From an uncultured delta proteobacterium (GTDB lineage: Bacteria > Desulfobacterota > Binatia > UBA9968): 64,000 nt of DNA. Under the pieces are notes generated by a model. It was given only the letters and a program-made list of their open reading frames with translations, had not been told where the DNA came from and did no database searches. Below, in pieces: positions 10,711-20,635 of the stretch; within the stretch, counting starts at the first letter, position 1; every line of letters begins with the position of its first letter. Where the stretch lies: contig CAWFJP010000009.1 in assembly GCA_963816145.1 (NCBI GenBank), forward strand, positions 64,001 to 128,000. The letters run 5' to 3'. The position numbers were made by a program, and so were the translations under genes.

Positions 10711-10859
10711 GATACACGGAAGGGAAATTTGGACGCCGGTTCTTCATGACTCCGGCAATTCAACTTGTTATATCACCCCTCAGTCTAGTATGACGTTGCC
10801 ATCGGAAACCCGAGACCGAACGATCATGATTAACTGACGAAATGAATCGAAGAGTAAGA

Positions 10860-10898
10860 GTTCAAAATGTTCAAGCCGTTCAAAAAGTTCAAATCGTT
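10860..10898. repeat. Short tandem GTTCAA-core 9-mer repeat
   Basis: GTTCAAAAT GTTCAAGCC GTTCAAAAA GTTCAAATC. Confidence 0.7.
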
Positions 10899-10941
10899 TC
10901 GGAAAGACCGAGGTCGATGGATTCAACTGGTTACACCAATC

Positions 10942-11922
10942 ATGATGCGAATCACTGAAATCATCTTCGTGCTGTTCGTGCTGATGTCACAAACCGTTCA
11001 TGCCGCCGACAAGCTTCGGATCGGCTACTCTGGACTGAGCCCGGCGACGGCGATGCTGTGGGTGACGCAGGAAGGGAAGCTCTTCGAGAAAAACGGGCTC
11101 ACTCCCGAGGTACTGTTTCTGCGCAATAATCTTGGCCAGTCGGCGATGATCGCCGGCGAGATCGAGATGTGCAGTTACTCGGCGAGCCTGATGGCGCCGG
11201 CGCGCGTGCAAGGGGCGGATCTGGTAATGATCGTGAGCTTTCAACAAAAGCTCAACTACCGGCTGGTGGTCCGCCCAGAGATTCGCACGCTGGCGGATCT
11301 TAAAGGCAAGGTCCTCGGCGTGACCCGTTACGGCACGGTCAATGATGCGACCATGCGTCTACTGATCAATAAGCTCGGCCTCGATCCCGATCGCGATGTT
11401 AGATTGATTCAGGTCGGTGATTCGGCGCCGGTGGTCGCTACCTCGTTAATCGCCGGCAAGACTTTCGATGGCGCGCTGCTGCAGCCGCCCTACTACAACA
11501 AAGCGGTGGAGTCCGGGTTTCGCGTGTTCGCCAACATGGAAGAAATGGACATCCCTTTTCAACAGGTGGGCCTGAACACGACGCAGCGCTTGATTGCAAG
11601 AAGTCCGGATGTAGTTCGCCGCGTGGTCAAATCCATCATCGAAGGCGTGCAGCTCATTCGTAACAATCCCGGCGTTGCTAAGCGCGCCATCGCTCGCTAT
11701 ATGCAGATCAAGGATGAGAAAGTCTTGGAAGATTCCTATCAGCAGTTGAAAGGGACTGCGGAAATTAAACCCTATCCGTCCGCGGAGGGCTTCAAGACGA
11801 TCCTCGATGACTTGGCGAAAAAACTCCCGGCCGCGCGCACGGCCAACCCGCGCGAATTCATGGACGTGCATTTCATCCAGGAGTTGGATAAGTCGGGGTA
11901 TATAGACGGGCTGTATCGGTAA
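10942..11922 (+). CDS. ABC-type solute-binding protein, SsuA/THI5(NMT1)-like
   Basis: Signal peptide MMRITEIIFVLFVLMSQTVHA; KLRIGYS, LFEKNGL, DLKGKVLGV, ELDKSGYIDGLY. The upstream extension of the ORF is repeat-derived. Confidence 0.85.
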   Translation: MMRITEIIFVLFVLMSQTVHAADKLRIGYSGLSPATAMLWVTQEGKLFEKNGLTPEVLFLRNNLGQSAMIAGEIEMCSYSASLMAPARVQGADLVMIVSFQQKLNYRLVVRPEIRTLADLKGKVLGVTRYGTVNDATMRLLINKLGLDPDRDVRLIQVGDSAPVVATSLIAGKTFDGALLQPPYYNKAVESGFRVFANMEEMDIPFQQVGLNTTQRLIARSPDVVRRVVKSIIEGVQLIRNNPGVAKRAIARYMQIKDEKVLEDSYQQLKGTAEIKPYPSAEGFKTILDDLAKKLPAARTANPREFMDVHFIQELDKSGYIDGLYR

Positions 11923-12066
11923 TCTAGATTCGGTGAATTCCGGCACTTCCTCAAACCCGACAGAACCGCGGCTGTCTCTATTATGATCATCGACAGCGAG
12001 ACGCGAATAATGGTAAGTTTTTTGCGCATGCAGTGACCTTCAGGGTATCGATATAGGAGCAAGACT

Positions 12067-13324
12067 ATGACCAGATATTTTCTTACGTCCATTTTGGGAC
12101 TCTATCTCGTGTCGATGGCGCCGGTGGCTCATGGTGCTCAGGCGCCGGTGCAGTTGCCGGACGGGGAGGGCAAGCCGCACGTGCAAGGCTTGTGTGCGAC
12201 ATGTCACGAGCTCAACCTGATACCGCGGAGTTCGGGATATACGCGCGCCGGCTGGCGAGAGTTGATCGGCAATATGATCAATATCGCCGGCACGCCGGCC
12301 GAGGATGCCATCACGCAGTATCTGGCGACTCACTTTCCACCTAACACGAATTTGCAACCGAAGTTGGTACCGGGTCCCATCTCGATAAGTTTTCGCGAAT
12401 GGAAAGTACCCCAGCTCGGCCAACGCGCCCGCGACCCGGTGCAGAGCTGCCGATGGTTCGATCTGGTATTGCGGGCAGTTCGGCAACGTGGTCGGACGGA
12501 TCAATCCGAAAACCGGCGAAGTTTGGGAGTACACATTGCCGGACAAAGCGCTGCCGCACAGCGTCACGCCGGATCGTGATGGGAATATTTGGTACACCGG
12601 CAACGGCAACGGTACCATTGGCAAACTCGATCCGAAGACGGGAGCAATCACTGAATACAAGATGCCCGATCCCAATGCCAAAGATCCCCACACAGCGGAA
12701 TTCGATCAGAAGGGCCGAATGTTTTTCACGCTGCAGGTGAGCAACATGATCGGTCGCTTGATTCCAGCCACCGGTGAAATCAAGTTGGTGACGCTGGCGC
12801 GGAAAAATTCTCGTCCCTACGGCATCAAGGTGGCCCGCGACGGCTCGCTCTGGGTCTCGTGCAACGGCAGCAATTGTGTGCTCAATGTCGATCCGGAAAC
12901 GTTGGCGGTCAAGGAATTCAATTTGCCCGAAGGGACGACTGTACGCCGCCTCGATCTCGCGGACGATGGCATGATCTGGTACGTCAATTCCGGTTTGGGG
13001 CGACTCGGTCGCTTGGACCCGAAGACCGGACAGTACAAAGAGTGGGCGTCGCCCAGCGGCCCGAAGTCTCATCCCTACGCCATCGCGGTTGTCGACGGCG
13101 TCGTCTGGTATAACGAGTCGACGCAGCGTCCTGACGCGATCGTGCGCTTCGACCCTGCCATGGAAAAATTCCAAAGCTGGCCGATTCCGTCGGGAAGTAT
13201 CTACGGCGGCATCTTGCGACATATGCGGCCGACGCGAGACGGTAATCTGCTGATCCATCAGACCAGTACCAATCGGATTTACGAAGTAAATGTGAAGGCA
13301 GGGACGCGGCGGGTATCGAATTAG
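12067..13324 (+). CDS. Secreted cytochrome c domain fused to Vgb-lyase-like beta-propeller (one +1 frameshift near 12445)
   Basis: Signal peptide and CATCH heme motif. Removing one A at ~12445 joins RDPVQ to AADGSIWYCGQFGNVVGRINPKTG, followed by Vgb-type repeats (DGNIWYT..IGKLDPKTG). Confidence 0.8.
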
Positions 13325-13559
13325 CGGCGGATGGGAATGACATTGGGTGGCGGATGATCGAATAATAATGGGCTGATCGTAGCCGTGCCGTCGTTATCCC
13401 GCCATCCCAATGCCAATCAGCTTTAAGGATTTCAAAGCCATTGGGGCGGTGCGAGCGGTAATACGTTGGAGAAAGCGCGGCATTTTCAGCCAGTCTAGTT
13501 GGCGGTGTCTGCTATTCGGTTTGCCGCCATTATTGCGATTAAGCTGAGGAAGGATAACC

Positions 13560-14621
13560 GTGGGTGCGATTGACGCCGATGCGCATGTGATCGAGACCGT
13601 TCAGACCTGGAGTTATCTGGAAGGGGACGAGCGCCGTTTTACGCCGCAACTGATGACCCAGTCTTTCGGCGCGGAGTTGCTCAGCAACGAAGGAGATGCC
13701 GTGCGCGATTTTTGGGTGATCGAAGGACGCGCCCATGGCAAGGACCGCAATGTCGGCACCAACACCACCAAAGAATCGCGCGAGATGCTCAGCGTCGAGG
13801 CGCGGCTGGCGCATATGGACAAACTCGCCATCGAAGTTCAGGTGCTTTACCCGACGCTGTTTTTGCGGCCCATCGTGCAGGATGGCGAGCGCGAGCGGGC
13901 GCTGTGCAAATCTTATAACCGCTGGATGGGCGAGCTTTGGCGCCAGGGCCACGGCCGGCTGCGCTGGGTCGCCAAGCCGCCGCTGCAATATTTGGAAAAA
14001 TCACCGGCGGTCGTGCGCAACGAATTGGAGTGGGCCAAGCGGAACGGAGCCTGTGGCATCTTCATGCGCGGATTGGAGTGCGAGCGCGCCCTCGGTCACC
14101 CCTTTTTCTATCCGCTCTGGGAGATGTCGGCGGATCTCGATTTGCCGGTGTGCGTCCACTCGGCCAACGGCAGTTTCCTGCACCATGATTTTTTCGCCGA
14201 TGACACCAGCTTTACCAAATTCAAGCTCGCCGTCGTCGGCGCATTTCACACGCTCATGGAAAAACAGCTGGCGAAAAAATTCCCCAAGGTCCGCTGGGGT
14301 TTCGTCGAGGTCAGCGCCCAGTGGGTGCCCTATGTGCTCAATGATATGGCCGATCGCTACCGGCGCCAAGGCAAGGCCTTTCCCAATGATGCTCTCGCGG
14401 TCAACAACATGTGGGTCGCCTGCGAAAATAAAGACGATCTCCCGTACGTGTTGAGCTACGCGGGGGAGGATCGTTTGATGATCGGCACCGACTACGGCCA
14501 CCACGATCCATCGACGGAGCTCAACGCGGTGCATCTGCTGCGCAACGACAAGCGCTTGTCAGCCGATGTGGTGCAGCAAATTCTTGAGACCAATCCGCGC
14601 AAGTTTTACGGACTGGCGTGA
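13560..14621 (+). CDS. Amidohydrolase family 2 protein
   Basis: IDADAHVIE, QVLYPT, PVCVHS, GTDYGHHD, NPRKFYGL; GAGGAAGG RBS upstream. Confidence 0.9.
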   Translation: MGAIDADAHVIETVQTWSYLEGDERRFTPQLMTQSFGAELLSNEGDAVRDFWVIEGRAHGKDRNVGTNTTKESREMLSVEARLAHMDKLAIEVQVLYPTLFLRPIVQDGERERALCKSYNRWMGELWRQGHGRLRWVAKPPLQYLEKSPAVVRNELEWAKRNGACGIFMRGLECERALGHPFFYPLWEMSADLDLPVCVHSANGSFLHHDFFADDTSFTKFKLAVVGAFHTLMEKQLAKKFPKVRWGFVEVSAQWVPYVLNDMADRYRRQGKAFPNDALAVNNMWVACENKDDLPYVLSYAGEDRLMIGTDYGHHDPSTELNAVHLLRNDKRLSADVVQQILETNPRKFYGLA

Positions 14622-14672
14622 CGGTCAATTAGCTCGGAAGCGGGTGTAAGACGATGACGCGCGCGGCATCCG

Positions 14673-15620
14673 TCACGCCGAGCGCAGCGGCGTTTGGGCG
14701 GCGTTGTTTCCTTCCTTGCGAATCACATTCATGGCCAGGGCGATCATCGAGCCGACGTCGCTCAAGGTTGCCGGCAGAATCAGGGTGTTGCCTTGCTGGG
14801 CGAGTTTGCCGAACTGCGTGAGGTAATTGTCTGCCACGCGCAACTGCACGGCTTCGAAACCGCCTGGTTGTTGAATCGCCTCGGCAACTTTGCGGATACC
14901 GTTGGCGGTGGCGTCGGCGATGGACAGAATGGCTGCCGCTTCGCCTTCGGCCTCATTGATCTGTTGCTGCTTTTTTGCTTCCGACGCCTTGATGACTTGC
15001 TGCTTGTCGCCCTCGGCGCTGTTGATCGCCGCGTCCCGTTGGCCTTCGGAGGTTAGGATCAGGGCGCGCTTTTCGCGCTCGGCGCGCATCTGCTTTTCCA
15101 TCGCGGCCAAGATATCCTGCGGCGGTGTAATGTTTTTGATTTCGTAGCGCATCACTTTGATGCCCCAGGGCTCCGAAGCCTTGTCCAGTTCGCTGACCAC
15201 CTGGATGTTGATGTTGCTGCGTTCCTCGAAGGTACGATCGAGTTCGATTTTGCCCAACTCGCTGCGCAAAGTCGTTTGAGCGAGCTGGGTGATGCCGAAC
15301 GTATAATCGCCGATGCCGTAGGATGCGCGTTCGGGGTTGAGCACTTTGAGATAGAGCACGCCGTCCACGGACACTTGGACGTTGTCCCGGGTGATGCAGA
15401 CTTGCGGCGGGATATCGATGGCCTGCTCTTTCAATGAATGCTTGTAGCGAACGACATCGAAAAACGGCACGAGAATGTGAAATCCGGCGCCCAAAGAACC
15501 ACTGAACTTACCCAATCGCTCGACCACGTAAGCGCTTTGCTGGGGTACGACGACGGCGGTTTTGGCGACGATTATGATGATGAGCAAGGCCAGGACGACG
15601 ACAACAACGAACCCACCCAT
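14673..15620 (-). CDS. SPFH/band-7 stomatin-like protein (slipin/QmcA-like)
   Basis: VVERLGKF, ITRDNVQVSVDG, AQTTLRSELG, MEKQMRAEREKRA; GGAGG RBS before the ATG at 15620. Confidence 0.92.
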   Translation of the reverse strand: MGGFVVVVVLALLIIIIVAKTAVVVPQQSAYVVERLGKFSGSLGAGFHILVPFFDVVRYKHSLKEQAIDIPPQVCITRDNVQVSVDGVLYLKVLNPERASYGIGDYTFGITQLAQTTLRSELGKIELDRTFEERSNINIQVVSELDKASEPWGIKVMRYEIKNITPPQDILAAMEKQMRAEREKRALILTSEGQRDAAINSAEGDKQQVIKASEAKKQQQINEAEGEAAAILSIADATANGIRKVAEAIQQPGGFEAVQLRVADNYLTQFGKLAQQGNTLILPATLSDVGSMIALAMNVIRKEGNNAAQTPLRSA

Positions 15621-15635
15621 TGAAACCTCCATCGC

Positions 15636-16070
15636 TCAGCGATTCTCCGCACGGACAAAGAGAGTCAACCCTTCGACCCGTTCGACCAAGCAGCGCCCGC
15701 CGGTGGACAGCGCGGTTGCGCCAATATTGCGCGCGCTCCACGAGGTGCCGCGTAATTCGACTTTGCCGACGCCGTTCACGGCGATCTCGTCGACCACATG
15801 GGCGGTCTCGCCGATGAAGCTGTCGACCGGAACCTGCGCTTTTCCTTGAAACGTTTGCATTAACTTTTCGCGAAATAGCCAAAGCGCACACACGGAAATG
15901 ACGGAGAATAGCAAAACTTGCAGCCAAGCCGGGCCGGTGACATCGGCGAGCGCCAAAAGTCCGACGATTAGCCCGCCAATGCCGAAGAAGAGCAGGTAAA
16001 AGCCGCCCGGAGTGACGACTTCAGCGAAGACCAGCAACAAGCCGATTAGAATCCAGATCCACCAACTCAT
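15636..16070 (-). CDS. NfeD-family (YbbJ-like) membrane protein
   Basis: WWIWILIGLLLVFAEVVTPGGF, C-terminal OB fold GKVELRGTSWSA...VEGLTLFV; canonical partner of the SPFH gene. Confidence 0.9.
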   Translation of the reverse strand: MSWWIWILIGLLLVFAEVVTPGGFYLLFFGIGGLIVGLLALADVTGPAWLQVLLFSVISVCALWLFREKLMQTFQGKAQVPVDSFIGETAHVVDEIAVNGVGKVELRGTSWSARNIGATALSTGGRCLVERVEGLTLFVRAENR

Positions 16071-16281
16071 GGTTTGTGTCGACAAAATGTCGGCTGAACC
16101 TATCGAAGGTGACGAGGTTTTTCAAGGAAACTTTCTCAAAAATCGCGGCAACCTGCGGTCGGGAAGCTGCAGGATTCGCTGCGATCCCGGCAAGACCAGC
16201 AGCTCGGCACCCTGACGAAACCGGCGACATTGCCCAAGGGCGCATTGAGTCACCCTGCGGTGATGGGGTTTGGCGGCGTTT

Positions 16282-17544
16282 TCAATCGCTTTTTAACCGG
16301 CGGTGTTCGTCCTTGCGGCAGAGCGACAGGATAAACGCCGCGCAGCAGACCCCGGCGGCGCTGAGGAAAACGTCCTGAAGCGCCGGCAGCATTCCACTGA
16401 TAGCCACCGAGGATTTAATGGAAACTGGCACCGAATAGGACTGCTGACGCCGTTCGAAGAGCAGGCTCCAGCCGGTGGCGCCAAGGACGATGCCCAGGGG
16501 CCGCATCATGGCGGCGATGCTGCCGGCGACGCCTTGGTGCGAACGGGGGATGGAGCCCATGATAAAACTCATGTTGGGCGCTTCGAATATGCCGAGGCCC
16601 AAGCCGACGACTCCGAGAGCGAGAGCCAGCGAGAAATAGTCGGTTTGCCCATCCAAGCGGCTGAGCATCCACAGACCGAAACCTTGCACGGCCAGCCCCA
16701 GTGAACTGAGCCGCGCAGTGCCGATGCGGTCGGATAATTTTCCCGCCAGCGGCGCGGCGAGGATTGTCAGTAAGTATGTTGCCAGCATCAGCGTCCCACC
16801 GGTGGTGGCGGGATAGCGCAGCACGTTGATCACGTAATACGGCAGCAATAGACCGATGGCGAATCTGGCGCAGTTGGCCAGCACCGAAAGAAAGTTGGCG
16901 ATGATGAACGGTGGTAGGTGCGCAACGCTCAATACCGCCCAGGGCGGCTTGCCGCGTTGCCCCGTGCTCGGTTGCTCGCGCGTGGGAAGTTTGAAGGCCG
17001 CTAGCGCAGCGAGCAACACCGCGGGGGCCACTCTGAACAAGAAAGTGGCCCGCCAACCAAAGATGTCGATGAGCATGCCGCCGAGTAACGGACCGACGGC
17101 ATAGCCGACGGCGTTGCACATTTGATAGATTCCCAGCGCCCGGCCGCGGCTCTCAGCACTGACCGTCAAAGTGACTAACGCAGGAGCGGTGGCGAAAACG
17201 AGCGCGGCACCCGCGCCCTGGATGATTCTTCCGACGACGAGCCAGGCAAAGGTCGGCGCGATGCCGCAACAGGTAAACCCAACGGCACTTACTAACAATC
17301 CGTAGGCCAACAAGCGGTCGTGACCCCAGCGGTCGGCAAGGGCGCCACAGACGATCAGCAAGCTCGCATGGGTCAGCACATAGCCGACGATGACCCATTG
17401 GATCGCTGTGACCTCGAGAGAAAATGCCACGGTGATCGCCGGAAAGCCGATGTTGATGGCGCTATCGAGAGAACCTAACAGCGCGCTGAGACAGGCGATG
17501 ACGACTGACATTTGCCAGAGCGGCGAGCGACGGTCCTTTTTCAA
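16282..17544 (-). CDS. MFS transporter (DHA2/EmrB-like motifs)
   Basis: LDSAINIGFP, GALADRWG, GRIIQGAGAA, GPLLGG..FGWR, GKLSDRIG. Confidence 0.88.
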   Translation of the reverse strand: MKKDRRSPLWQMSVVIACLSALLGSLDSAINIGFPAITVAFSLEVTAIQWVIVGYVLTHASLLIVCGALADRWGHDRLLAYGLLVSAVGFTCCGIAPTFAWLVVGRIIQGAGAALVFATAPALVTLTVSAESRGRALGIYQMCNAVGYAVGPLLGGMLIDIFGWRATFLFRVAPAVLLAALAAFKLPTREQPSTGQRGKPPWAVLSVAHLPPFIIANFLSVLANCARFAIGLLLPYYVINVLRYPATTGGTLMLATYLLTILAAPLAGKLSDRIGTARLSSLGLAVQGFGLWMLSRLDGQTDYFSLALALGVVGLGLGIFEAPNMSFIMGSIPRSHQGVAGSIAAMMRPLGIVLGATGWSLLFERRQQSYSVPVSIKSSVAISGMLPALQDVFLSAAGVCCAAFILSLCRKDEHRRLKSD

Positions 17545-17577
17545 GAAACATCCTGGGGCAGGTCTTCTTTCGGATTA

Positions 17578-17662
17578 TTCACCACAGAGACGCAGAGACG
17601 CAGAGAACGCAGAGAAAATAAATTGCTCCCTTCCTCTGTGACCTCAGGGCCTCTGCGGTGCA
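17578..17662. repeat. Palindromic intergenic element (CACCACAGAGACGCAGAG type)
   Basis: TTCACCACAGAGACGCAGAGACGCAGAG...CTCTGTGACCTCAGGGCCTCTGCGGTG; structurally analogous to the CACCACGAAG elements. Confidence 0.65.
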
Positions 17663-17680
17663 AACTCCGAAGCTTTCGTT

Positions 17681-18778
17681 TCAGATCTGATAAAACTGCC
17701 GAGGATTGTCGCACAAGATCTTTTCGATCAATGCCGGGGCGACATCTTCACGCGACTGCATCTGCTTGACCAGTTGGGCTTGCTCGGCGGGATCGTTGTG
17801 GCCGTAGTCGGAACCGCTGATCAGGTGATCGGCGCCGGCGTATTCGATCAAGTAGTTCAAATCCTCATCGGCTTCGCAGGCGACGTAAAAGCGGCAGTCG
17901 TCGAACAAATCCCGCGGCGATTTCCACGATGTTTTCCAACGCTTGGTATTGTCCCGTTTCAGTTTGTGAATCAAGAATGGGATCCAGCTTGCCGAAGCTT
18001 CGAGAAAGCCGAAGCGTAGCTTCGGAAACATGTCGGGGATCCGGTTCAGCACGAGATCGCGGAACGCGTGCAGCGGCGGAAACGCCGAGTGGGACCACTG
18101 GCGGTTGCGTTCGAGGTCGAACATGGCGCTGATCGCCGGCGTGCTCGATCCGGTGTGGACGCAGATCGGCAGGTCGAGGTCGCTGGCGGCTTGGTAGGTA
18201 GGGTGGAACCGTGGGTTGTCGAGCGTGTATTCGCCTTCCATACCACGGAAGAATACGCCGACGGCGCCGTTCTGTTTGGCCCACTGTAATTCTTTGACCG
18301 ACTCGGCGATGTCGCGCAGCGGCGGTATCGCCACCCAATGAATGCGACCGTTACTCCGGGCGCAGGCTTGGGCGATGAAGCGGTTGTAAGCGCGGCTGAG
18401 CGCGACGTCGAGTTCGGGATCGTCGGTGAGGTAGACCAGAAACAGCGTCGGGTAGACGACCTGAGTGGCAATGCCGAGGCGGTCCATGTCGGCTAGCCGG
18501 CTGGGGATGTCGGTCATGTCGCGGCAGGCGACAGTCAAGTCTTTGCGATTGGATTGGATCTTCGACGCCGACGGCGTGATCAAGCGGAAGCCGCCTTTGC
18601 CGGCCGGCTTGGGAAAAATATTACCGTCGATGAGCCAGGTCTTGTTCCAGTTGCCGTAGAGAGTATTGTCCGGCAGCGACAGCAGCACGGGACGGCGGCC
18701 GTACATTTCTTTATCAAACATCGCCCACATCTCTTCGGATTCAGAAATGTGAGTATCGGCGTCGATGATCGGTTGCAT
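17681..18778 (-). CDS. Amidohydrolase family 2 protein
   Basis: IIDADTHISE, QVVYPT, PICVHTG, GSDYGHND, NPRQFYQI; paralog of 13560-14621. Confidence 0.9.
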   Translation of the reverse strand: MQPIIDADTHISESEEMWAMFDKEMYGRRPVLLSLPDNTLYGNWNKTWLIDGNIFPKPAGKGGFRLITPSASKIQSNRKDLTVACRDMTDIPSRLADMDRLGIATQVVYPTLFLVYLTDDPELDVALSRAYNRFIAQACARSNGRIHWVAIPPLRDIAESVKELQWAKQNGAVGVFFRGMEGEYTLDNPRFHPTYQAASDLDLPICVHTGSSTPAISAMFDLERNRQWSHSAFPPLHAFRDLVLNRIPDMFPKLRFGFLEASASWIPFLIHKLKRDNTKRWKTSWKSPRDLFDDCRFYVACEADEDLNYLIEYAGADHLISGSDYGHNDPAEQAQLVKQMQSREDVAPALIEKILCDNPRQFYQI

Positions 18779-18802
18779 AAAAACCTCCGGTTTGTTTTGG
18801 TT

Positions 18803-18856
18803 TGGCGTCTAGGGTTGGATTCGAGAACGCTAGACGCCAGACTCTAGACTCTAAAC
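18803..18856. repeat. Short inverted heptamer-type repeat
   Basis: TGGCGTCTAG...CTAGACGCCAGACTCTAGACTCTAAAC. Confidence 0.55.
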
Positions 18857-18863
18857 GAAACAT

Positions 18864-19851
18864 CTACGGCAAGAAACTCAAATCGATCAGTTGCTGCACG
18901 GTTAGACTCTTCGCTTTTGCATTCTCCTTCGCGATATCGTCGAGCGCCAATTGCATGCCTTTGATACTCGGCTTGCCGTCGTCGGGTAAGGATCGGATAC
19001 GCTGGATGTAATCGAATTCCGCTATGGCGCGGTCGTTGGTGCGCAGCCGCTTCATGGTTTCGCGGATGGCGACCTCTTTTTGCGTCTTATAATAGCGCAC
19101 GCTGTCGAGATAGGCCTTCATGAAACGGCGCACCAGGTCGGCGCGTGATCTTGAGCATATCGTCGCGGGCGATGATCGCCACCTGCTGGTACTCGATATC
19201 TTTCTCGATGAAGTCGAGCAGCAGGTTGAGGCCGCTCTTCTGGCCGATCTGGACCAAACCGAGGGTGAGAACGGCGGCGTCGATACTGCCCGCCTGCAGC
19301 GCGGTTAATCGGGTGGCGGCGCTGCCGACCTGAGTGATGCTGACATCAGTCTTGGGATTCAAGCCGAATTGTGACAATGCCAGCTTGACGGCGAAGTCAT
19401 CCGTGCTGCCGAAGCGGCTGATACCGATGCGTTTGCCTTTGAGCTGGGCCGGCGTCTTGATGTTGGCCAGGGAGACAAAGCCATAGGGGAGTTTGTTATT
19501 CACGCCGCCGATCATTTTTGTCTGGGCGCCTTCGAGATAGGCGACGATGTAGGGCGTGCCGCCGGTGCACAGGAAGTCCAAACTCTTGCCGATGAGCGCC
19601 TGCATGGACAGCGTGCCGCCGGCGATAAAGATCACTTCGACGTCGAGCTGGTTCTGTTTGAGCACGCCGGCGTCCCTGGCGATGCTGAACAACACCGACT
19701 CGGCGCTCGCCGGCGAATTGGTGCCGACGCGCAGGGTTGGCACTTGCGCCCACAGCGGGCAGGCTAGTGCAAGGCTGGCGATGACGATGGCGAGCCGGCA
19801 AGGCCAGTGTTCAGGCGTTACGGCAAGTAGAGGGGGAGATGAGTTCTTCAT
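18864..19851 (-). CDS. ABC-type solute-binding protein, SsuA/THI5-like (one +1 frameshift near 19149)
   Basis: LKGKRIGISRFGS. Removing one base joins ARDDMLK to SRADLVRRFMKAYLDS...LIDLSFLP. Confidence 0.85.
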
Positions 19852-19994
19852 CGGCGTCGTTAGAGCTAATGCAAAGCCACCCGGCTGTCAACGTGAAAGA
19901 TTGCCATTGGCGGTTGCAGGCCCAGCGCGAGTTTGCGTATATAAGCTAAACCAGCGGGAAAGTCTGACGGCATTTTTGAGGAGGAAAGAGCTAG

Positions 19995-20603
19995 ATGGCG
20001 ACTATCAAATTTCTCGATCCGCGGGCAGCGGTTAATCCCAAGGAGCAACCATTGGTGCCGGGCTTGGATTCGCTCGAAGGCAAGGTCATCGGCATCATCG
20101 ATAACGGCCAGTCCAATTCGACGGACATGTTCAAGGAGCTGAGCAAATTGCTGCAGGAACGGCTCCACGTCAAAGCAGTGTTGTTCAAGACCAAGCCGAC
20201 GCATATGCAAGGCGCTCCCAAGCCGATCATGGAGGAAATCGTAAACCAGTGTGACGCGGTCATTACCGGTTTAGGCGCTTGAGGTTCATGCACATCGTGG
20301 AGTGTCCACGATGCCATCGATCTGCAAAAGAAAGGCAAACCGACGGTGACGCTGTGCCAGTCGATTTTTATGGAATTGGCGCGCACCGAAGCGAAGTTCT
20401 TCGGTCTCGCTAAACTGCCGCTAGTCGAGATCCCGCATCATCCGAGCGGCGGCGCGCGCGAAGGAGAGCATCGGGCGGACGCCGAAGGGGCGATCGGGTT
20501 GGTTAACGAGCAGCTGAGCTTGAGCAGCGCTGGAGGAGGCAAGCAGGCGAAGACGGGTGATCCCTCTCCTAAATCCCCCCGCAAGCGGGGTAGGAAATTG
20601 TAG
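19995..20603 (+). CDS. UGSC-family selenoprotein (Sec at codon 96, UGA 20280-20282), 202 aa
   Basis: ORFs 19995-20282 and 20346-20603 are in frame. Read-through gives AVITGLGA-U-GSCTSWSVHDAIDLQKKGKPTVTLC...LPLVEIPHHP. GAGG RBS upstream and a SECIS-like hairpin downstream. Confidence 0.88.
20293..20313 (+). promoter_or_regulatory. Putative bacterial SECIS element
   Basis: CATCGTGGA-GTG-TCCACGATG: perfect 9-bp stem starting at +11 after the UGA, with G as first loop base. Confidence 0.8.
20562..20596 (+). repeat. C/G-rich REP-like palindrome, copy a
   Basis: CCCTCTCCTAAATCCCCCCGCAAGCGGGGTAGGAA; same family as 20651, 21027 and 41794. Confidence 0.6.
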
Positions 20604-20635
20604 AATTCGCGCTGACGAGAGCGTGTGAGAATTCC

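Noticed and set aside
10559-10837. Small ORFs similar to those at 62563-62798 (PHI.HPERSEGSR.F.HIRRRD)
   Set aside because: The similarity comes from the non-coding MITE copies, not from a protein family.
12440-12450. Programmed ribosomal frameshifting at the broken genes
   Set aside because: No slippery heptamers or shared signals at the break points; sequencing error is more parsimonious.
12488-13324. Vgb streptogramin-resistance gene
   Set aside because: The propeller is the C-terminal part of a secreted cytochrome fusion, and fold similarity alone does not support resistance.
16140-16280. Possible riboswitch upstream of nfeD on the minus strand (slight guanidine-I-like words)
   Set aside because: Only a few bases resemble the consensus and the conserved 3' stem is not visible; an Rfam/Infernal scan would be needed.
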